DNA of 64,000 nucleotides from Chloroflexota bacterium (GTDB lineage: Bacteria; Chloroflexota; Limnocylindria; Limnocylindrales; CSP1-4). Shown one piece after another: positions 50,998 through 61,656 of the stretch; position 1 is the first letter of the stretch; every line of letters starts with the position of its first letter. The notes below the pieces were generated by a model. That model did no database searches, was not told where the DNA came from, and worked only from the letters and a program-made list of their open reading frames with translations. The DNA lies in contig JAUJOH010000010.1 in assembly GCA_030447745.1 (NCBI GenBank), positions 35,374 through 99,373 on the forward strand. The letters are read 5' to 3'. The position numbers and the translations under genes are program-made.

Positions 50998-51989
50998 GCC
51001 GGGTCGTCCGTCGTGGCGCGCGGGTGCGCCTGACGGTATGCCGCTCGGAGTCGCGTGGGCGACACGTGCGTGTAGACCTGCGTCGTGGCGAGGCTCTCGT
51101 GGCCCAGCAGCTCCTGTACCACGCGCAGGTCGGCACCCCCGTCGAGGAGGTGGGTCGCGAAGGAGTGGCGAAGGGTGTGCGGCGAGACGCCCTCCGGGAG
51201 GCCGGCGGCGCGACACAGCCGGTCGAGACGGTAACGCAGCCCGCGCACGCCGAGAGGCTCACCGCGGTGGTTCAGGAAGACTTCCGTCGGCGCGGTCGCC
51301 GCGGAGGCCCGCCGCCCGACGAGGACCGGTCTGCCGTCCGCGAGGTAGCGCTCGAGTGCGTCGACCGCGGGCCGCCCCAGGAGCCCGACTCGTTCTTTCC
51401 GCCCCTTCCCCAGCACCCGGATCTCGCCCCGCCGCGGGTCGAGTGACGCGAGCTCGGCCGCCGCCAGCTCGCTGATCCGGAGACCCGCCGCGTAGGCCGT
51501 CTCGACGATTGCCCGGTCACGGACGGCGAGCGCCGCCAGGAGCTGCCCACGGGCCAGGTCACGATCGCCCGCAGCGTCGAGGCGCCCGGCGCTTTTCCGA
51601 ACGACGCCGCCCTCGATCGCGTCGAGCAGCCGCTCGACCTGCTCGACCTCGAGGACACGCGGCAGCCGGCGCTGCAGACGCGGCGTCGCGATCGCACCCC
51701 AGGGGTCGCCCGGGGCGAGCCCCTCGCGAGCTGCAAAGCGATGGAACGAGCGGATGGCGGCGAGGCGCTGGGCGACGGAGCTCCTGGCGACGGACCCCAC
51801 CAGGGACGCGAGGTACGCGCGCAGGTCCGCCCGCGGGGGCTCGCGCCAGTCCACGCCCCGCTCGCCGCGCCAGGCCAGGTACCGTCCGACGGCGCCCGCG
51901 TACGCCCGCGGCGTGTGTGGGGACACGTCACGAGCCGCGAGCGCCGCCAGGAACCGGTCGAGGGCGGCGACTCCCGCCGGCACCGTCAC
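50994..51989 (-). CDS. xerC: Tyrosine recombinase XerC
   Basis: ...HTLRHSFATHLLDGGADLRVVQELLGHESLATTQVYTHV. Second Xer paralog in the window (xerD at 6287). GTG start near 51989. Confidence 0.8.
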   Translation of the reverse strand: MTVPAGVAALDRFLAALAARDVSPHTPRAYAGAVGRYLAWRGERGVDWREPPRADLRAYLASLVGSVARSSVAQRLAAIRSFHRFAAREGLAPGDPWGAIATPRLQRRLPRVLEVEQVERLLDAIEGGVVRKSAGRLDAAGDRDLARGQLLAALAVRDRAIVETAYAAGLRISELAAAELASLDPRRGEIRVLGKGRKERVGLLGRPAVDALERYLADGRPVLVGRRASAATAPTEVFLNHRGEPLGVRGLRYRLDRLCRAAGLPEGVSPHTLRHSFATHLLDGGADLRVVQELLGHESLATTQVYTHVSPTRLRAAYRQAHPRATTDDPA

Positions 51990-52002
51990 CCGGTCGCCAC
52001 GG

Positions 52003-54426
52003 TCACGCGTCGGACGCGGCCTCGGTGGCGTTGCGCCCGGTGGCAGCCTTCGCCCGACCACCGCTCCGTGCTCGTCCGGCACCCGCCGGAGCCCGACCGT
52101 TCCGGCGTCCGCCGCCACGCGCGGGACGCGCGAGCGCCTCGGGGTTCGGCGGCCCGCCCGTCAGTCGTCGGCCGGCGAGATCGCCGTCTGGCAGCACCAC
52201 GTCCGCGCCGCATTTCAGGCACAGCGCGCCGTCGCCCTTGCGTGCCACTGGACCGTCGTCCGAGTCATGGACGGCGCCCACCGGCTCCGAGTTGGTGGTG
52301 TAGTCGCACCTCGGGTAGTTCGAGCAACCCCAGAAGACGTTCCCGGTCCGCCGGGCGCGGCGCGGCACGAGGTGGCCGTCGCCGTTCTTCGGGCAGGTCA
52401 CCTCGAAGGGCAGCGGTTCGGGTGGCGGCGGGCCCTCCTTCCGGATGAAGTCGCACTCCGGATAACGTGAGCAGCCGACGAACGGGCCGAAACGGCCGCG
52501 CCTGGCGACGAGCGTCCCCTCGCCGCACCTCGGGCACGTCTCACCCTCGCCCTCCTGGGGCGGCGGCTCCTCGCCCGGCAGCGGCCGCGTCTCCTTGTGA
52601 TCCGGATACGTGGAGCAGGCGAGGAATCGGCCGTTGCGCCCAAGGCGGATGACCATCGAATGGCCCTCCGAGCAGACCTCGTCCGTCTCCTCCGTGGTGA
52701 AGTCCTTCCGCCGCAGCTCACGCCGCTTCTCGTCGACCCGGTCCCGCAGCGGGCCGTAGAAGCCGCGCAGCAGCGGCACCCATGCCCGCTCGCCGCGGGC
52801 GACCTCGTCGAGCTCGTCCTCCATCCGCGCCGTGAACGCCAGGTCGACGTAGTCGCCGAAGTGCTCCACGAGCAGGTCCGTGACGATCTCCCCGATCAGC
52901 TCCGGCCGGAGCCGGCGGTCCTCGACCCGCACGTACCCGCGGTCGAGGATCGTGGAGATCGTGGCCGCGTACGTCGACGGGCGGCCGATCCCGTGCTCCT
53001 CGAGCGCCTTGATCAGCGCCGCCTCCGTGAAGCGCGGCGGTGGCTCCGTGAAGTGCTGCGTTGGCTCGACCTCGCGGACCTCGGTCTCGTCACCCGCGGC
53101 AAGCTCCGGCAGGCGGCGCTCCTGCTCGTCTTCGGCACCGTCGTCGCGGCCCTCCGTGTAGACAGCCGAGAACCCGTCGAACAGCGTGCGAGTCGCGCTC
53201 GCGCGGAGATCGTAGGGCGCCGCGTCGAGCTCGACGATCGTCGTCTCCATCTCCTTCGACGCCATCTGCGAGGCGACGGCCCGCTGCCAGATCAGGCGGT
53301 AGAGCCGCAGCTCGTCTGGCTTGAGGTGGCCGGCCAGCGAGTCCGGGTCCCGCCGGAAGCTCGTCGGCCGGATCGACTCGTGCGCCTCCTGGGCCCCCTT
53401 CGCCTTGGTCCTGTAGACGCGGCCCTTGGGCATCGTGTAGCGGTCACCGAAACGCTGGCCGATGACCTCCCGGGCATCACGCATCGCGACGCCCGCGATG
53501 GCCGTGGAGTCCGTCCGCATGTAGGTGATCAGGCCGACGTGGCCGTCCGGCGTGTCGACGCCCTCGTACAGCCGCTGCGCGACGGACATCGTCCGCTTCG
53601 GGCTGTAACCGAGCTTCCGGCTCGCCTCCTGCTGGAGCGTCGAGGTCGTGAACGGCGGCGCGGGGTTGCGCTTGAGCGGCCGTGTCCCGACGCTGCGCAC
53701 GACGGGTCGCCGCTCCCGCAGCGCGGCGGCGTGGCGCTCGGCCGTCGCCGCGTCGCCGACGTCGATCGCTTGACCGTCGATCCGGACAAGATCCGCGCTG
53801 AACGTCTCGCCGGTCTGTGTCGCGAGCGTCGCCTCGAGCGTCCAGTACTCGCGGGCCACGAAGGCATTGATTGCCCGCTCGCGCTCGACGACGAGCCGCA
53901 CCGCGACGGACTGGACGCGGCCCGCGGACAGGCCGCCCCGGACCTTCCGGGACAGCAGCGGGCTGAGCGTGTAACCGACGAGCCGGTCGACGATCCGACG
54001 GGTCTGCTGGGCGTCGACGAGGTTCGTGTCGATGCCCCGCGGATGGTCGAAGGCGTCGCGGATCGCGCCCTCCGTGATCTCGCTGAAGATGACCCGGCGC
54101 GTCTTCTCGGCGGGCACGCCCGCGGCCTCCGCGACGTGCCACGCGATCGCCTCGCCCTCGCGGTCGAGGTCCGTGGCGAGATAGACGGTGTCTGCCCGCT
54201 TCGCCTCGCGCGCGATCGTGTCGACCTGCTTCCGGCGGTCGTCGCTGACCACGTACTCCGGCTCGAAATCGCGGTCGACGTCCACGCCGAACTTGCCCTT
54301 GCCGGGATTGTCCGGCAGGTCACGGACGTGGCCGTACGAGGCCACGACGCGGTAGTCGCCGCCGAGATAGCGTTCGATCGTCCGCGCCTTGGCAGGCGAT
54401 TCCACGATCACGAGGTGCCTGGGCAT
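52003..54426 (-). CDS. topA: DNA topoisomerase I
   Basis: MPRHLVIVESPAKARTIERYLG (Toprim), catalytic Tyr region, C-terminal C4 zinc ribbons and a basic tail. Confidence 0.9.
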   Translation of the reverse strand: MPRHLVIVESPAKARTIERYLGGDYRVVASYGHVRDLPDNPGKGKFGVDVDRDFEPEYVVSDDRRKQVDTIAREAKRADTVYLATDLDREGEAIAWHVAEAAGVPAEKTRRVIFSEITEGAIRDAFDHPRGIDTNLVDAQQTRRIVDRLVGYTLSPLLSRKVRGGLSAGRVQSVAVRLVVERERAINAFVAREYWTLEATLATQTGETFSADLVRIDGQAIDVGDAATAERHAAALRERRPVVRSVGTRPLKRNPAPPFTTSTLQQEASRKLGYSPKRTMSVAQRLYEGVDTPDGHVGLITYMRTDSTAIAGVAMRDAREVIGQRFGDRYTMPKGRVYRTKAKGAQEAHESIRPTSFRRDPDSLAGHLKPDELRLYRLIWQRAVASQMASKEMETTIVELDAAPYDLRASATRTLFDGFSAVYTEGRDDGAEDEQERRLPELAAGDETEVREVEPTQHFTEPPPRFTEAALIKALEEHGIGRPSTYAATISTILDRGYVRVEDRRLRPELIGEIVTDLLVEHFGDYVDLAFTARMEDELDEVARGERAWVPLLRGFYGPLRDRVDEKRRELRRKDFTTEETDEVCSEGHSMVIRLGRNGRFLACSTYPDHKETRPLPGEEPPPQEGEGETCPRCGEGTLVARRGRFGPFVGCSRYPECDFIRKEGPPPPEPLPFEVTCPKNGDGHLVPRRARRTGNVFWGCSNYPRCDYTTNSEPVGAVHDSDDGPVARKGDGALCLKCGADVVLPDGDLAGRRLTGGPPNPEALARPARGGGRRNGRAPAGAGRARSGGRAKAATGRNATEAASDA

Positions 54427-54566
54427 CGGCCGGAGTCTAGCACCGGCCCCTTGGCGCTCAGTCACCTCCGAGGCACCGTGCCAGCTGGATCGCCCGCCCT
54501 AACCGAGGTGCGGGGCGGGATCGGCCAGGGGCGGGATCGGCGACGCCATCCCGCATCGGCGGACCG

Positions 54567-55851
54567 TCATCCGCCCGGCTGCCGGCGAACGGACCCGTCG
54601 ACCCGTGCCGCGAGCAACCCGGCCGGTCGATAGCGTCCGTACGCGTCGACCACCAGCCCGCGCATCTCGAGCATGGTGAGCGCGGTCAGGACCGACGAGA
54701 CCGGGAGCGCGGTGGCCGCGACCAGCTCGTCCACGGTCGTATGGCCGGCCAGCAGCTGTCCCGCCACCGTCCGCGGCACCTCGCCGACCTCGCCGAGCGA
54801 GGCCGCGACGGAGCGCGGGACGACGTGCCACCGTCGAGGTCGGTCCGGACCAGGTCGAGATCCTCGAGCAGCTGCGATACGCCGGCCACGATCCCGGCCA
54901 CGCCCGGCGCGTCACGGAGGAGCGACAGGCAGCCCGCGCTCGTCAGGCGGTCGATCGGCCCCGGAACGACGAAGCAGTGACGTCCCTGCTCGAGCGCCCA
55001 GTGGGCCGTGACGAGTGCGCCGCTGCGCGCGCCGGCCTCGACCACGACCGTGGCGTCCGACAGGCCGCTGATGATCCGGTTTCGGCGCGGAAACGTCCCA
55101 CGCGTCGGCTCGACGTCCGGCGGCAGCTCGGACACGACCGCGCCGCCGCCGTCGATGATCGCGTCGACCAGCCGCCGATGCGACCGCGGGAACAGCCGCT
55201 CGTGCCCACCGCCGAGCACGGCCACCGTCGTGCCGCCCTCGGCGAGGCACGCGGCGTGCGCGGCACCGTCGATGCCCACCGCAAGACCGGAAACGACCGC
55301 TGCGCCGGCCCGCGTGACGGCGCCCGCGATCCGGGCGGCGGTCAGCCGACCCGCCTCCGACGGGCGGCGCGTCCCGACCACCGCCACGGCGCGGGCCGTG
55401 CCAAGGGCGGCGCGATCGCCGCGGAGGAACAGGACGTGGGGCGGCACCTCGATCGCCCGGAGGCGGGGCGGGTAGTCCTCGTCGTCGAGCGTGACGAGGC
55501 CCACGCCGGAGCGGTCGATCCCGGCCAGCGTCGCCTCCGCGCTGCGGGCCGAGGCAACGACCGCGCGGATCACCCCGTCGGTGCCTGTCGCTCCGCCGAG
55601 CTGGCGGCGTCGGCAAGCGACGCCTCGTCGCCGCGTGCTGCGGCCTCGAGGACTGCTCGTGCCGAGCCCACGGCCGAGACGAGACGCCCCAGGGTGATCG
55701 GACCGAGGCCGTCGACGCTCACCAGGACGGCAAGCGCCTGCCGTTCCGTCAGGCCACCGGGCGAAGCGTCCGGCGGCCCCGCCGGCTCGGATGGCGCCGG
55801 CCGGATGGCGAGACCCGGCCCCAGAGGTCTGGTGCGGCCGACCCCCAGCAT
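54567..55851 (-). CDS. dprA: DNA processing protein DprA (Smf), read through two apparent frameshifts (near 55575 and 54800)
   Basis: N-terminal SAM-like segment LTERQALAVLVSVDGLGPITLGRL (ORF 55570..55851); Rossmann core GIDGAAHAACLAEGGTTVAVLGGG (ORF 54686..55573); C-terminal winged helix RTVAGQLLAGHTTVDELVAATALPVSSVLTALTMLEMRGLVVD (ORF 54567..54779). Confidence 0.75.
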
Positions 55852-57207
55852 CAGCTGGCCATCCGCTGCGCCAGCCTGCTTGCCGGCGGTCGCGCGCGGC
55901 CTCCTCGAGGTGGACCGCCTCGACGGATTCCGAACTGGCCAGGTCCGCGATGGTCCGAGCGACGCGGATCAGGCGCTCGGTCCCCGCCCGGACAGGCGCT
56001 CCAGCTCCGCGAGGTCCACGGCACGCCGCTCCGCGGTCGGTCCATCCTTGCCGCCACCCGGAGCGCCCGGCCGCGGACGCGGGCGTTGAGTGCCCCTGGC
56101 GGTCGTCCCGCCTGGCGCAGTCGGGCGGCCGCGATCCGCTCGGCGACCACGCTCGACGTCTCGGGCGTCGCCCCGGTCACGAGCGCGGTGGCCGGGACGC
56201 GCGGCATCGTGGCCCAGATGTCGATCCGGTCGCGCAGCGGTCCGAGATGCGGGCGGCATATCGGTCCGCCACGGTGTCCGGGCACCGGCACTCCGGGTGT
56301 GCCGGCGAGGCCGCACGGGCACGGGTTCATCGCCGCCACGAGCTGGAAGCGGGCCGGGAAGATCGTCGCGCGCCCGACCCTCGAAGATGGCGACGCGCCT
56401 GGCGGAGGGCCTCGATGACGGCGACGGCCGAACTCCCGGCAGCTCGTCGAGGAACAGGGTCGCGTCTGCCAGGGTCACCTCGCCCGGCGAGAGCCGCGGC
56501 CCCCCGCCGACCATCGCCGCGTAGGAGAGCGTGTGGTGTGGGGCGCGGAACGGCGGCCGCCGAACGAGTGTCCGCACGGGCCCGTTGCCGGACACCGACG
56601 CGATGACGGTCGCGGTCAGCGCGGCGCTGTCGCCGAGCGGCGGCAGCACGCCGGGAATCGTCCGTGCCAGGAGCGTCTTGCCGGAGCCGGGCGGCCCGAT
56701 CAGCAGGATCCCGTGCCCGCCGGCGAGCGCGATCTCCAGCGCCCGCCGCGCCTCGAGCTGCCCATGCACCTCGGCCAGATCCGGCACGACGTCTCCCCCA
56801 ATGGCGTCCGGCGGCACGGCGGCCGGTGCCTCGCGTCCCGCCGCCTCGATCCGCTCCGGCGCTCCCCGCGACCGCCGACGCGAACGGCTCGAGCGGACGA
56901 CGTCGACGGCCGCGCCGAGCGACGCCACCGCGACCACGTCCACGCTGTCCGCGAGACGGGCCTCGTCCGCGGCCGCCGCCGGCACCACCACGCGGGTGGC
57001 GCCGCGACGCGCCAGCGCAGCGACCATCGGCAGCACGCCCGGCACGACCCGCACCTCGCCACCGAGCGACAGCTCGCCGATGAGCGCCAGACCTCCGGGT
57101 GCGGCGTGCACCTGCTCAGAGCCGAGAAGGATCCCGATCGCGATCGCGAGGTCAATGGACGACCCGGCCTTGCGCAGGTCCGCCGGGGCGAATAGTGAGA
57201 TATGGCG
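55851..57207 (-). CDS. comM: Mg-chelatase-like AAA+ ATPase ComM/YifB, 5'-truncated (about 70 N-terminal codons missing) and with internal frameshifts
   Basis: ISLFAPADLRKAGSSIDLAIAIGILL (Lon-like N-domain), LLIGPPGSGKTLLARTIPGVLPPL (Walker A), FRAPHHTLSYAAMVGGG, LFLDELP (Walker B), then MAAMNPCPCG in another frame. The reading frame opens only at 57207, directly after a TAG. Confidence 0.7.
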
Positions 57208-57288
57208 CTAGGTTGCTTGATCGCAGGGGCGGCATGAGGTACCCAGTCGCGGGCGGTCTCAGACGGCTCCGCTAGACGCTGTGGTCGG

Positions 57289-57798
57289 CTACCGATCGGG
57301 CCGGTACGGCGCCTTGGCGTCGATGCTGCCGACGAACTGCGGCAGGCGAGCGTGACCGAGCTGCTGGCGGATGGCGGCATTCTCGCCGGTGTGGAACCAG
57401 TAGTGGTAGATGACCCGCTGGAGCAGGTCGCCGTAGCGGCGCTTGAGCTCCGACCCGCCGCTGATGACGTGGCGCTCCAGATCGTCGCTCGTCAGCGTGT
57501 CGAGCCAGGGATCGGCGGCCGCAGCGAGCGCGCGCCAGGCATCGAGCACGCGCTGCAGCGGCGGCGTGCTGGCCGGCCCACCGGAGGCGAACTCGCGGTC
57601 GATGTCCGGAAAGGGCCGCTGGCCACTCGGCCAGGTGACGAAGTACTGCTGCTCTTGCCAAGCGAGATGGCCGACGTTCCAGCTGATGGAGTTCATCGGT
57701 CCGATGCGTCGGCGGGCATCGTCATCGGTGACTCCGCGGATGCCACGGATGAACTCGGTGCGTGTGAACCGCAGTTGGTCGACGAGCGGGTGCGGCAT
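57289..57798 (-). CDS. DinB_2-family (DinB/YfiT-like) metal-dependent protein
   Basis: 169 aa: WNVGHLAWQEQQYF...VIYHYWFHTGENAAIRQQLGH. Confidence 0.65.
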   Translation of the reverse strand: MPHPLVDQLRFTRTEFIRGIRGVTDDDARRRIGPMNSISWNVGHLAWQEQQYFVTWPSGQRPFPDIDREFASGGPASTPPLQRVLDAWRALAAAADPWLDTLTSDDLERHVISGGSELKRRYGDLLQRVIYHYWFHTGENAAIRQQLGHARLPQFVGSIDAKAPYRPDR

Positions 57799-57904
57799 GC
57801 GACGATCCTCTCACCCATTGTTGGCAGCGTCTGGCAGGAATCCCGATCAGACTTGCACGCGCACGGTAGATGGGAGGGGCAGCAGTGAACCCTGGCTCGT
57901 CGAG

Positions 57905-58380
57905 ATGATGCGCTACAACGCGTGGGCGAACCGGACGCTGTTGGATGCCTGCCGAGAGCTGACCGACCAGCAGCTCGATGCCCGTCTTCCGGTCACGTCG
58001 GGATCCAGCCGTGAACTGCTGATCCACATCATCGGCGGCCAGCAGACATTCGCGCTGCGCACGAGGGGTCGCCAGCATGAGGGGGAGCTGCATCGGGGCA
58101 GTGCCTGGCCGGGTATGGACGAGATCATCCGACTGGCCGCGAGCACGAACGAGGAGCTCATCTCGATGCCGAGCAGCTCGACCCTGAGCATGAGACCGAT
58201 CTCCCGTACCTCGGCACTGTGTATCGGTATCCAACTCGCTTCTTCCTCGTCCATGCGGCCGCGCACGGGGTCGAGCACCGCGCCGAGGTGAAGCTCAACC
58301 TCGCGCACATCGGCGTCGACACGCCCGATATGGACGGCTGGGCCTACGGTGAAGCGACCGGATACGGTGCCGAAGTCTGA
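57905..58380 (+). CDS. DinB-family protein with a frameshift near 58190
   Basis: MMRYNAWANRTLLDACRELTDQQLDARLPVTSGSSRELLIHIIGGQQTFALR... then in the +1 frame DAEQLDPEHETDLPYLGTVYRYPTRFFLVHAAAHGVEHRAEVKLNLAHIGVDTPDMDGWAYGEATGYGAEV-stop. Confidence 0.6.
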
Positions 58381-58499
58381 CTGCGGACGGTGTGGCACGC
58401 CAGGACGCCGCAGGCTAGCGGCCGCTCGCTCCCATCATTCGGTTCTCGCGACGGGCTGTGCCGCACGAATGGCTCGCGGCATCCGCCTAAGATCACATG

Positions 58500-58856
58500 T
58501 CAGGGTGATTGCTGGTGGAGGAGCAGCTTCCACTCGCCGTTCCGTCGGACATAGACGCTCGACATCGCCGCTTCGTATCGCGCCTGGCCCGGCCGTTCGC
58601 CCACGGCCTTATAGGTGATCAACGCGACGTCATCGTCGCCAGTGACGCGGACAGCGCTCAACTCATAGCTAGACCATGGAGCGACTTGGGGGATGGTGCC
58701 GAGCGAAGCCTTCTTGTCCATCACCATGCCGGGGAAGACCATCAGTCCCTCCTCGGCCATGATGTCCTCGTAGAACGCCGCTCCGCCCGGACCGGACAGC
58801 GCATCCCAGCCTTGGCGCTCTAGCCCGTCTACCTCGGCGCGCAGTGCGTCGTTCAC
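58500..58856 (-). CDS. SnoaL-like / DUF4440 (NTF2-fold) protein
   Basis: 118 aa: ...AFYEDIMAEEGLMVFPGMVMDK...YVRRNGEWKLLLHQQSP. Confidence 0.55.
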   Translation of the reverse strand: MNDALRAEVDGLERQGWDALSGPGGAAFYEDIMAEEGLMVFPGMVMDKKASLGTIPQVAPWSSYELSAVRVTGDDDVALITYKAVGERPGQARYEAAMSSVYVRRNGEWKLLLHQQSP

Positions 58857-59059
58857 ACCGCGAGTATGTGCAAGCGTCTTGCCCTAAGTCCAGCAGTGCC
58901 GGGATCTCCTCGCAGGTCCAGATATGGTCCGCGGCGCCTGCGGCGTCGTCCGCCGAGTCGCCTGACACGCATTTATGAAGGAGCGGCCGGTGTCAATGGG
59001 CGTCGCTCGATCGGCTCATCGATGCTCCGAGCGGCCAATGCGGCTGGCAGAATCGACGG

Positions 59060-59455
59060 ATGTTCGCCGTCGAGAATCGTGAACGCGTTCGAGATCATGT
59101 GCTGGCCCGAGCTCACTCGGATCCCGCCATCGTCGCCGCGGCCTTCGTCGGGTCCTTCGCCGGAGGCACGGACGATCGCTGGTCGGACCTGGATCTGACG
59201 TTCGCAGTAGCAGAGGGCCAGGCGGTTGATGAAGTCCTCGAGGAGTGGACTCGCTGGTTCTCACGAGACTTCGAGGCGCTCCGGCTCTTCGACTGGCCGG
59301 TGCCGCCCACCATCTATCGGGTGTTCCTCTTGCCGGGCAGCCTGCAGGTTGATCTCTCGTTCACGGCCGTCAAGCTGGGCCGCGAAGTGGTTATCGGCCA
59401 GCCCGCCACTCACGACGTCCGGGCGGGGGGTGCAGGTTTGCGTGATAGAGGCTAG
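59060..59455 (+). CDS. Nucleotidyltransferase-domain protein (aminoglycoside/antibiotic adenylyltransferase-like), possibly truncated
   Basis: AAFVGSFAGGTDDRWSDLDLTFAV (Pol-beta-like NT motif GS...D.D). 131 aa is short for the family. Confidence 0.45.
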   Translation: MFAVENRERVRDHVLARAHSDPAIVAAAFVGSFAGGTDDRWSDLDLTFAVAEGQAVDEVLEEWTRWFSRDFEALRLFDWPVPPTIYRVFLLPGSLQVDLSFTAVKLGREVVIGQPATHDVRAGGAGLRDRG

Positions 59456-60098
59456 CCCGGGCACAACCCGCCCTCCTTATCGAGTATTGCTTGCCGCCGC
59501 GCTTCCGGCTCCTGGAATTGGCTGTTCGAGGGCAGGGCGCATCCCCGCGCCCGAAGGGTACCCGCTTTCACTTACGTGTCGCAGAGAGCAGGACCATGGA
59601 GCAACTGAGCGGGATTCGAATCAGGGGACGGAGGCCGCTCGATCGTGGTGACCGGCGTGCCAATGCGACAGCAGATAACTCGACGCTCTACGCCCCCCAC
59701 CCACGCACGGTGCTACAGCGCATCGGCCGGGATGGTCCGAGGTTAGCAAGCCAGTCACTAACCACCGTTAGTGGCGGCGCTGGCAGTTCATGACGCACAC
59801 CGACCTGCGCTTGAGGGCCGACGGCCTCGACTTCTGGGTCGACGTACACGTTCACCCTTCGACGGCGGATGGCTGGCGGTGGCCGACCTCGCCGGCGAGC
59901 CGGAGCTTCGGTGGGCATACGAGGCGGCCGGTGCCGTCAAGACGGCCGCCGGGCTTGGCCCGGTCGCCCGCCGTCGCTGCTGTGGCTCAACGGGAGCTTA
60001 GCGACCAATAGGCATCACGTACGTATCCTAGGCGACCACTTTTCCTCTTACCCAGAGGGTCGCAGTGCGCTAATTCACTACGCAACCAGTTTTTGCGA

Positions 60099-60905
60099 TC
60101 ACTCGCTGCGGCTCCTGGAGAGCCTCTTATCGCCGAGGCGAACGCACTTCATCTCGCGACGGTCGTGAAACCGCGCGGTCGAGTCGGCTTGTTGGCCGAC
60201 TTCTTGCCCGCGGCCCCACGAATCTCCTCCACGGACACCGAGTCTCCGAATAGCAGCCGGGCCTGTCATCCATGGAGTCCCTGAACATCGCCTGCCTTCG
60301 TCAACGTCAATCCTGCTTGTGACAAGCTGCTCCTGACGCAACTCAGCGCGCCGCGTCCGTCCGGCGCCACAATCATCGAACGGCTGTTCTGATACGGGTC
60401 CAAGGCTGCATTACAGGATGCGAACCAGATGGTGTTCTCTGCCGCACGCGTAACAATCATCGAATGGTGATCCAACTTCGCGCGGCGGTGTGTGGTGTTG
60501 TTCTGAGGATGGAAGACGATCTGTGCGCCCTGGCGAACGATCAGCAGTGGTCGCGGCGAACGGAAGCCTTCGAAGCAGATAACAACACCAACTCGGACCC
60601 CTTGGATATCGAAGGTCTCAATCGAGCCTCCGGCCGAGTACGCCAGGGCGTCTAAGGGCGTGAGTTTTGTCTTGTGGTGGTGCCCTGCAGGATCCCGCAG
60701 GTCCTATGACCACCGCAGAGTTGTATCTGTGCCATCCGCCAGATTTGGCGTCTCCGTACCAAGAATGCAACCGATCCTCGTTGGGCACATCGCATGGCGA
60801 GCTGTGCAGGGATGATGCGGCGGGGCTTGGCGCCCGCGGATCGACAATGTCGACGGTAACCGACGGTTTGCGCGGAAAGCACAGGATGTCAACTCCAGGC
60901 CACAT
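60099..60905 (-). pseudogene. Carbon-nitrogen hydrolase (nitrilase/amidase superfamily) remnant, multiple frameshifts
   Basis: Fragments in three frames: WPGVDILCFP...HRYNSAVVIGPAG; MIVTRAAENTIWFASCNA; SRIDVDEGRRC. Lower GC than the rest of the window. Confidence 0.45.
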
Positions 60906-60992
60906 AGTCTATGTACCGCAGGATCGTTTCGGCGTTCGCATCGAAGTCATTCGTCTGACGGACCTGCGCGAGTCCGATCGTCAGCGGGCGCA

Positions 60993-61633
60993 TTACCGAT
61001 CGGCCCTCTTCAGACCGATTTTTATGAATGTCGTATCACGGGAGAAGATGTCCCCGCTCAGCATCCCAGCACGTTCGGCGATCCGCCAGAACGCGTAGTC
61101 AGCCAGTTCAACGACGGTTGCTTCTAAGCTTCTAACGACCGTTTCCGCTTCGCCACCTGTCGTGTGATACCCGGCGGCGTGAGCGACTGCTTCCGGAAGA
61201 CCGTCGTCAGAGCCACATGGACTCCGTATGCGGGATGGCGGATCGCCGGTAGCCCTGCAGCGGCGGGGTCCGCCCTCCATGATTGTCGGGGTCATATTCG
61301 AAGGCTTTGCCAACGTCATGACATAAGGAGGAAGCGACAAGAATGTCGCGGTCGATCCTCGTCGCGCCTGTCACTTCTTCAAGCCCGTCCGCCATCCTGT
61401 CGAGCCGTCGCTCGCAAGTGATCTGCCTGAGATAGGTGCGTCAGGACCGCAGTCCCAGGGACACCCGAGGCTGGAATGTCCTCGATGCGCCGGAACGACG
61501 TTCGGCTCAAAGCGAAGACCCATGCCTCAATGACCTTGGTCCGAAGCGCGTCATCCTGAATGAGATCCAGCTCCGGCAGGCTTGCCTTCACACCGGATCG
61601 GAGCTCCGCCTCTCGACTGTCTTCCTCAGTCAT
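60993..61633 (-). pseudogene. HD-domain phosphohydrolase remnant (fragmented)
   Basis: ILVASSLCHDVGKAFEYDP (HD motif) in ORF 61207..61395; N- and C-terminal pieces in ORFs 61379..61633 and 60993..61340. Confidence 0.4.
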
Positions 61634-61656
61634 CTAGATCCTCCAGTCATCCCTCG

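Noticed and set aside
59590-59640. tRNA-like T-loop string gggattcgaatcagggg
   Set aside because: The flanking bases do not form the T-stem and no acceptor or anticodon arms can be drawn. No tRNA is called.
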